Source: a virus (lineage: Duplodnaviria; Caudoviricetes). From it: DNA of 64,000 nt. This document shows positions 58,505-64,000 of this stretch, in pieces (the first letter of the stretch is position 1; each line of letters begins with the position of its first letter). Under the pieces are notes generated by a model. The model ran no database searches, was not told the DNA's origin, and worked only from the letters and a program-made list of their open reading frames with translations. The DNA lies in IMG/VR virus record IMGVR_UViG_3300011008_002712. One strand, written 5' to 3'. A program made the position numbers and the translations under genes.

Positions 58505-58870
58505 ATGAATGAAGAACTTAAAATGAAAAGAAAAGAAGAAGGCAAGCGCAGAGCTTTAGAATATCTAAAGCAATGCATCGACGCAAATGGGACATTGAAT
58601 ATAACCAATTTTAGAAATTTGCATCGCGCTGAATATGAAAAATTGGCTAGTTATTTTGGTTCTGTTGACAATGCAGTTGCAGAGGCTGGCGCTATAAAAA
58701 TTACAACGCAAAAAAATACGCCAACAGTAATGCAAAGACTTGCATATGATTATATTCGTGAGCAAATAAAAACAAAATCAATTGCAGAACTGGCAAGGAA
58801 ATACAATGTATCTAGAGCAACATTAAATCAGTTGTTTAAAAGACTACAAAATGTTATCGAAAACGAATGA
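58505..58870 (+). CDS. HTH DNA-binding protein
   Basis: SIAELARKYNVSRATL; AAGGAG RBS. Confidence 0.75.
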   Translation: MNEELKMKRKEEGKRRALEYLKQCIDANGTLNITNFRNLHRAEYEKLASYFGSVDNAVAEAGAIKITTQKNTPTVMQRLAYDYIREQIKTKSIAELARKYNVSRATLNQLFKRLQNVIENE

Positions 58871-58897
58871 ACTGCACTCATTGAGGAGAACGAAGTA

Positions 58898-59614
58898 ATG
58901 GCCAAGAAAATTATTTTAGGTTCAGTCAATCTAGAACATGTTAGCAGTAATTATGAATGGTACTCAATTGTAACCAATTATAATATGGAAGAGCAATATG
59001 TTGAAAATATTATGAATGCTGTATCTGGAACACAATTTGAATCTCAAATAGCCGAATATTACATTCCAATAAAATACATATTGACTAACCCAGATAAAGT
59101 TGCAACAGAAAATGCAAAGCCAAAAATCAAAAAAGAAAAAGGTTGCTATGCAAGCTATGTATTTATCAAATGTAAAATGGATGAAGGACTTTGGACTTTA
59201 TTGAGAACAACAACGGGTGCAAGTGTTATCATTACTATTGGCGGAATTCCAGTTTCAGTGTCAGACGAAGAAATCAATAATATTAAAATTAATCAAGTAC
59301 CAACATCTTTTGGGGTTGAAAAATCTGTGCAATTATTAGCACAACAATATAAGAAATTTGTTAAGATTATTCCTGGAATAAATGATGATCATCCAGAAAA
59401 TTGTCCAGAACCAGATCTGGAAAAAATAGAATATTGGTTTAAACAAGCGAGAAGAAAAACAAAGAAATTTCTTGAAAAAGAAAGAAAAAAAGAGCTTAAA
59501 AATAATGATTTAGAATTACAAACCACGAATAATGATAAAATAACAAAAGCACATTCAAATCAAATAGATACAAAACAAACATGGGAAAATGCAAAAAATA
59601 AATTCTACAAATAA
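58898..59614 (+). CDS. NusG-family NGN-domain protein (no recognisable KOW)
   Basis: WY...T..N.E; IP; Y.SYVFI..M..L.R.T.G; P..VS.EEI. Confidence 0.8.
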   Translation: MAKKIILGSVNLEHVSSNYEWYSIVTNYNMEEQYVENIMNAVSGTQFESQIAEYYIPIKYILTNPDKVATENAKPKIKKEKGCYASYVFIKCKMDEGLWTLLRTTTGASVIITIGGIPVSVSDEEINNIKINQVPTSFGVEKSVQLLAQQYKKFVKIIPGINDDHPENCPEPDLEKIEYWFKQARRKTKKFLEKERKKELKNNDLELQTTNNDKITKAHSNQIDTKQTWENAKNKFYK

Positions 59615-59623
59615 AAGGAGGTA

Positions 59624-60925
59624 TTGAAAATGGCATCATTATACGTTGAGTCAAACGAAGAAAATTTTTCTTATGTTATCAATAAAAATCCAGCCTCTGG
59701 AATGTCAGCGAAAAGAATAAAAAAAGGATATATGTTTGGCTATTTTTCAAATGAAAATAGATATAATATAGTATTTTTCGACGGAGCAGATGAGATTAGT
59801 TTTTCTGATAGAATTAAACAAGAGTTTGAATATCTTGATTATACAAGATATAATTCTCCGTTATTTGTGTTTAGCACATTAAAAGCATTTTTTCATAGCT
59901 CTATCAATAGCCCAAATGAGTTTGATCATCCAGGGAAATATTTGCTTAAGATTACATCAATCAAAATCAAAAAATTCGCACTTTTTGAAAAATTCAAAGA
60001 ATATTTTAAAGATTCGTTCTCTATTCAAACAGAACGTATACCTCACGAACATGACAATGAAGAATATAATAAATATTATAATAATTATACATTAACACTT
60101 TCCGTTGAAAACAAAACATTTTATGAATTGATTAATTTTACATATGTTTTGTCTTTTTTCTTTATCATTATGAATCGGATTGAATTTGACATTAATTTAG
60201 ATATTATTAAAAAGGTAATTAAATCTGCTAATATTATAGAATCTCCATACTATATTAAATATCTAATCAAATTTTTCGCAATCAAAAGAACCGAAGATTT
60301 CTCTAAAGTAAAAGATGAATTGAATAAAGACAATCATCATGTTTTAAATATCAAGCCATATTCTAATTTTGACGCTAGATATGCAGATATTACAAACCAG
60401 CTAATTGGCAATAAAAATATAGTTGATGTTGGATGTGGTGAAGGCAATTATCTAAAAGTAGCAGAAAAAATTAATAATACCTATTATGCCATTGATATTG
60501 ATGAAGAAAAAAGAAATATTATCAAGAAAAAAGTTGATTGTTACAAACTTGAAAATGTTTCAATTTTAGATTCTGTTGAATCTTTTTTCAAACAAGATGC
60601 AGATGATTATATTGTTTTGATGAGCGAAGTGATAGAGCATAATGAATTAAACGATGTTACATCAATGATAAAAATGTTTTTCAATGATGAAAATTGCAAA
60701 AAAATTATCATCACAACACCCAACAAAGATTTCAATCAATTCTATCTTTTGAAAGATAATGAAACCAGATATAGTGATCATAAGTTTGAATTCACCGAAC
60801 AAGAAGCAATTTCATATTTTACTGATATAGCTAAAAACACTCCATTCAAACTAACAATCAGACATCTTGGAGATGAAGTAGATAATATTCCTACAACATT
60901 AATGATTATTTTTACTGCGGGGTGA
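59624..60925 (+). CDS. Hen1-like 3'-terminal RNA 2'-O-methyltransferase
   Basis: SY.I.KNP N-domain; DVGCGEG, EVIEH, TTPN..FN, R..DH.FE; adjacent to Pnkp. Confidence 0.85.
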   Translation: MKMASLYVESNEENFSYVINKNPASGMSAKRIKKGYMFGYFSNENRYNIVFFDGADEISFSDRIKQEFEYLDYTRYNSPLFVFSTLKAFFHSSINSPNEFDHPGKYLLKITSIKIKKFALFEKFKEYFKDSFSIQTERIPHEHDNEEYNKYYNNYTLTLSVENKTFYELINFTYVLSFFFIIMNRIEFDINLDIIKKVIKSANIIESPYYIKYLIKFFAIKRTEDFSKVKDELNKDNHHVLNIKPYSNFDARYADITNQLIGNKNIVDVGCGEGNYLKVAEKINNTYYAIDIDEEKRNIIKKKVDCYKLENVSILDSVESFFKQDADDYIVLMSEVIEHNELNDVTSMIKMFFNDENCKKIIITTPNKDFNQFYLLKDNETRYSDHKFEFTEQEAISYFTDIAKNTPFKLTIRHLGDEVDNIPTTLMIIFTAG

Positions 60926-60929
60926 TACT

Positions 60930-61418
60930 TTGTTATATACGTTAGAATTATCAAACATATTGCCATATGATTTTTATTATTCTCATTCTACACAATATAG
61001 TGCAGAAGAACTTCTTATGGCTGCAATACAATCAAAACAAAATATATGTGATGAAGTTTTAGATTTTTATAATGCTAACCTACAAATTAAAATAAAAATT
61101 TCTAATGGATTACAAGATGGAATACCAGTAAATATATACGCTATTATTGATTACAAAACAAAAGACGTATGTATGGCTACATTTACAGAGCATGGGCCAT
61201 TAAATTATTGTATGTATGGCAAACAAAATGCGTCTAAATGTTCTTCAAAAAATGAAAAATTTATAAATGAAATAGAACCATCGCTTAGATACATGATGAT
61301 CATGAATTATCAAGACATTATCGAATTAAACACAAATATTTTTAGCAAGATTTGCATGACAGATTCGCAAATTCATCAGTTGATTGAAAAATTTAAAGAA
61401 GAACATAAAAAGGAGTGA
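60930..61418 (+). CDS. hypothetical protein between Hen1 and Pnkp
   Basis: Operon-packed ORF. Confidence 0.65.
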   Translation: MLYTLELSNILPYDFYYSHSTQYSAEELLMAAIQSKQNICDEVLDFYNANLQIKIKISNGLQDGIPVNIYAIIDYKTKDVCMATFTEHGPLNYCMYGKQNASKCSSKNEKFINEIEPSLRYMMIMNYQDIIELNTNIFSKICMTDSQIHQLIEKFKEEHKKE

Positions 61419-64000
61419 GGGTTTTGGATAAAGTAACTTATGATATTATTCCGCACACTATATTTTTGACTATTGGCCCGTCTGGATGTGGAAAAACATA
61501 TTTTTGCAAAAACATTCTAATTCCTCAATTAGAAAAACTTTCTCCTCAAGTTAATAGAAACAAAGTATCAATTAATTATGTTTCTAGCGATGATATACGT
61601 AGAAATCTTCTTGGACAACCGGATCTTGATAAGAATCATTATGGAATGCTGACTGCATCTAAACCAGCATTTGATTTGTTATATGCGCAAGTTGATGCGG
61701 CAACAACTTTTCCTGTAAATAGTGAATTTGTGATTGTAGATACAAAAGGAACAAACGAAAATTTCCGCAAGAAAATTTTTGATATTGCATATAAAAATCA
61801 TTACAGCGTTACAGTATTGATTTTTAATTATAAAAAATACGAAGATTATAAAAAGTTCTCAAGTATGAGTCGTTTTACTCAAAAAGATATTGAAAAAGTT
61901 AGAGAAATTTCCAGTTCTGGATTAAAAAGGAATAACAAAATAAGACAAGTAATCAGCATAAAAAGCATAGATTTTGAAGATTCAAAGCCAGAATTGTCAT
62001 TTTCTTTGCATGATTTTTATACGTCTTGTTTTATTGATAATTCTAAAGAAACATTAATTATAAGTGATATACATGGTTGTTATGATGAATTTGTAGAGCT
62101 CCTTGAAAAAAACGATATTAAAGTAGAAAACCATAAAATTACTCAAAATGAACATAATAAAACTATCATAATTAATGGCGATTATATTGACAAAGGGCCA
62201 AAGTCACTCGATATGATAGAATTTTGTTATCAAAACATAAACGATATTTATATAACAATTGGGAATCATGAAAATCGTTTATACAAAGAACTTACAGAAA
62301 ATCTTGAACATATATCAGAGCCATGGTTCGATACATATGATATTATAACTGATGAGTATAAACAAAAATTTATTGATGTTTTTAAGAAATCACTTCCATT
62401 CGTAATGAATGATAAATTTATAGCAACACATGCACCATGTCATTCAAAATATATTGGAAAGGTTGATGGCAAAAGCATTTCTCGTCAGAGATATTATATG
62501 AAAAAACAAGGCAGTACTTCTCTTTATGATGAATTTTCTGAAATCGGATTGTTTGATACAGATATCAGTAATATTACTTATATTTTTGGTCATGTACAAA
62601 CATCTAGCCCAGGATGTGCTATAGACAAAAGAATACTTGCTGATGGCGGATGCGTTATTGGTGGCAAATTGCTGGGAATTGAAATTTCTTACAATGGAAA
62701 GGTATTTAAAAAATATGTAGATTCTCACCAACCAAAAGATGATGAGCTTCTGTTGCTTAAGCCATATCGTTTTATTCAAGACACATCTTCTGATCTTGAT
62801 TATAATAATATGACAGAAAAAGAAAAATCTAGAATAGAATATATGGTCGAAGATAAAGTCAATTTTATATCTGGCACTATGTCACCATGTGATAAAATGA
62901 ATGACCAATTGGAAAGCATAGAATCAGCTATTGATTATTTCAAGTCTCTCAATATCAATGATGTAGTAATAGAACCCAAATATATGGGATCAAGAATGAA
63001 CATGTATTTATTTGAAAAGAATGAAGATAGCTATGCAATATCACGAAATGGATATAAAGTTGGAATCGATATTAATGTGTTGTTTGATAAAATGCGCAAT
63101 ACTTTAAAAGATTTCATTGACTGGAACAAAGTAAAACTCATCATTTTGGATGGCGAATGCATGCCATGGCATGCTATGGGAAAAGAATTGATCAGAGATT
63201 TTAGATTGGTAGATGACAATGTTAGAATTGAAAATCAATTCTTAAAAGAAAGTGGTTTCGAAGAGCAATTCAAAAAAATGCAAGAAAAAATGTGCCAAAC
63301 AGATTTTGTTGCAGAAAAAAATAATATGTCTAAAAAAGAATTGATAGAAAAATATGGGAATTACGATTATGAAAATTTTATGGCATTGTCTGAATACAAG
63401 GAATATGTTTCAGTTGAACAAAAAGATAAATTGATCGATATATATAGAGAACAATTGCATCTTTATGGAGAGCCAGGAGAACTTGACTATAAGCCATTTG
63501 CTATTTTGAAGATAGTTTATAAAGATGGTCAAGAAGAGTGCTGGTATGATTCACCTGGAGAATGGACAAACGAATCAATGTTTAATCTATTAAACAAAGA
63601 TGGATGCTATAGATTTGATTTATCTAATGAAGATGATATCAATAAATGCATCAATCAATTCAGACAATATACTTTTGTTGAAAAATACGAAGGTGTTGTT
63701 ATGAAGCCAAATTCATTAGTTGCTAGCTCTACGATACCATATATGAAAATTAGAAATCCAGAATATCTTACAATTATTTATGGGTTCGATTATAAAGAAC
63801 CTAGAAAATATGAAAAATTATACGAAAGAAAATCAATAAAAGGAAAATTAAAACTTTCTTGTAATGAATGGGCAACTGGATTGAAAATGCTTAGAATTCC
63901 ATACGATTCTATTGATAAATCAAACAACAAGATCAAACATTTGTTTGCTAATTTCATTGTAGAAGACAAGCGTTCAGAATCGTTTGATCCACGTTTGTAA
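61415..64000 (+). CDS. pnkp: bacterial-type polynucleotide kinase-phosphatase-ligase (Pnkp)
   Basis: GPSGCGKT kinase; DIHG/GD.IDKG/GNHE phosphoesterase; E.KYMGSR, EGVV.KP, K.R..EYL and terminal DPRL ligase motifs. Confidence 0.93.
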   Translation: MRVLDKVTYDIIPHTIFLTIGPSGCGKTYFCKNILIPQLEKLSPQVNRNKVSINYVSSDDIRRNLLGQPDLDKNHYGMLTASKPAFDLLYAQVDAATTFPVNSEFVIVDTKGTNENFRKKIFDIAYKNHYSVTVLIFNYKKYEDYKKFSSMSRFTQKDIEKVREISSSGLKRNNKIRQVISIKSIDFEDSKPELSFSLHDFYTSCFIDNSKETLIISDIHGCYDEFVELLEKNDIKVENHKITQNEHNKTIIINGDYIDKGPKSLDMIEFCYQNINDIYITIGNHENRLYKELTENLEHISEPWFDTYDIITDEYKQKFIDVFKKSLPFVMNDKFIATHAPCHSKYIGKVDGKSISRQRYYMKKQGSTSLYDEFSEIGLFDTDISNITYIFGHVQTSSPGCAIDKRILADGGCVIGGKLLGIEISYNGKVFKKYVDSHQPKDDELLLLKPYRFIQDTSSDLDYNNMTEKEKSRIEYMVEDKVNFISGTMSPCDKMNDQLESIESAIDYFKSLNINDVVIEPKYMGSRMNMYLFEKNEDSYAISRNGYKVGIDINVLFDKMRNTLKDFIDWNKVKLIILDGECMPWHAMGKELIRDFRLVDDNVRIENQFLKESGFEEQFKKMQEKMCQTDFVAEKNNMSKKELIEKYGNYDYENFMALSEYKEYVSVEQKDKLIDIYREQLHLYGEPGELDYKPFAILKIVYKDGQEECWYDSPGEWTNESMFNLLNKDGCYRFDLSNEDDINKCINQFRQYTFVEKYEGVVMKPNSLVASSTIPYMKIRNPEYLTIIYGFDYKEPRKYEKLYERKSIKGKLKLSCNEWATGLKMLRIPYDSIDKSNNKIKHLFANFIVEDKRSESFDPRL

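Noticed and set aside
1-64000. Stop-codon reassignment
   Set aside because: Conserved genes are intact in code 11, all three stops terminate genes, and no suppressor anticodon was found.

Overview
AT-rich 64-kb segment of a large (probably jumbo) tailed-phage genome. The host is probably a Negativicute (Selenomonas/Veillonella relatives), inferred from an OmpM/Mep45-like SLH-porin gene. No structural or core replication genes were recognised. The window is an accessory, translation and RNA-repair region. It holds about 90 mostly small ORFs, many behind a conserved sigma70-like promoter (TTTACA-N17-TATAAT). It also holds 11 tRNAs plus one aberrant tRNA-like gene, a tmRNA (tag ANEEYAIAA), Pth, an Rnl1-type RNA ligase, a stand-alone PNK, a metallophosphoesterase, a Hen1-Pnkp pair behind a NusG paralogue, a partial DUF2828 gene, a MoxR-AAA/vWA pair, a C5 DNA methyltransferase, HU, orphan antitoxin-like genes (Panacea, MqsA-type Zn finger, NADAR), homing endonucleases and an HUH Rep-SF3 helicase with iterons. 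The most promising unexplained signals are: (1) three covarying 53-64 nt stem RNAs inside the tRNA operons, possibly partnering a Ro-like protein; (2) a 118-nt RNA with an Ala-type acceptor stem and ACCA end directly 5' of the tmRNA; (3) a ~0.9-kb ORF-poor structured transcript driven by three tandem strong promoters; (4) ten otherwise dissimilar proteins ending in Gly-Leu-COOH; (5) non-canonical tRNAs. All calls are by eye from motifs; no database searches or folding programs were run.
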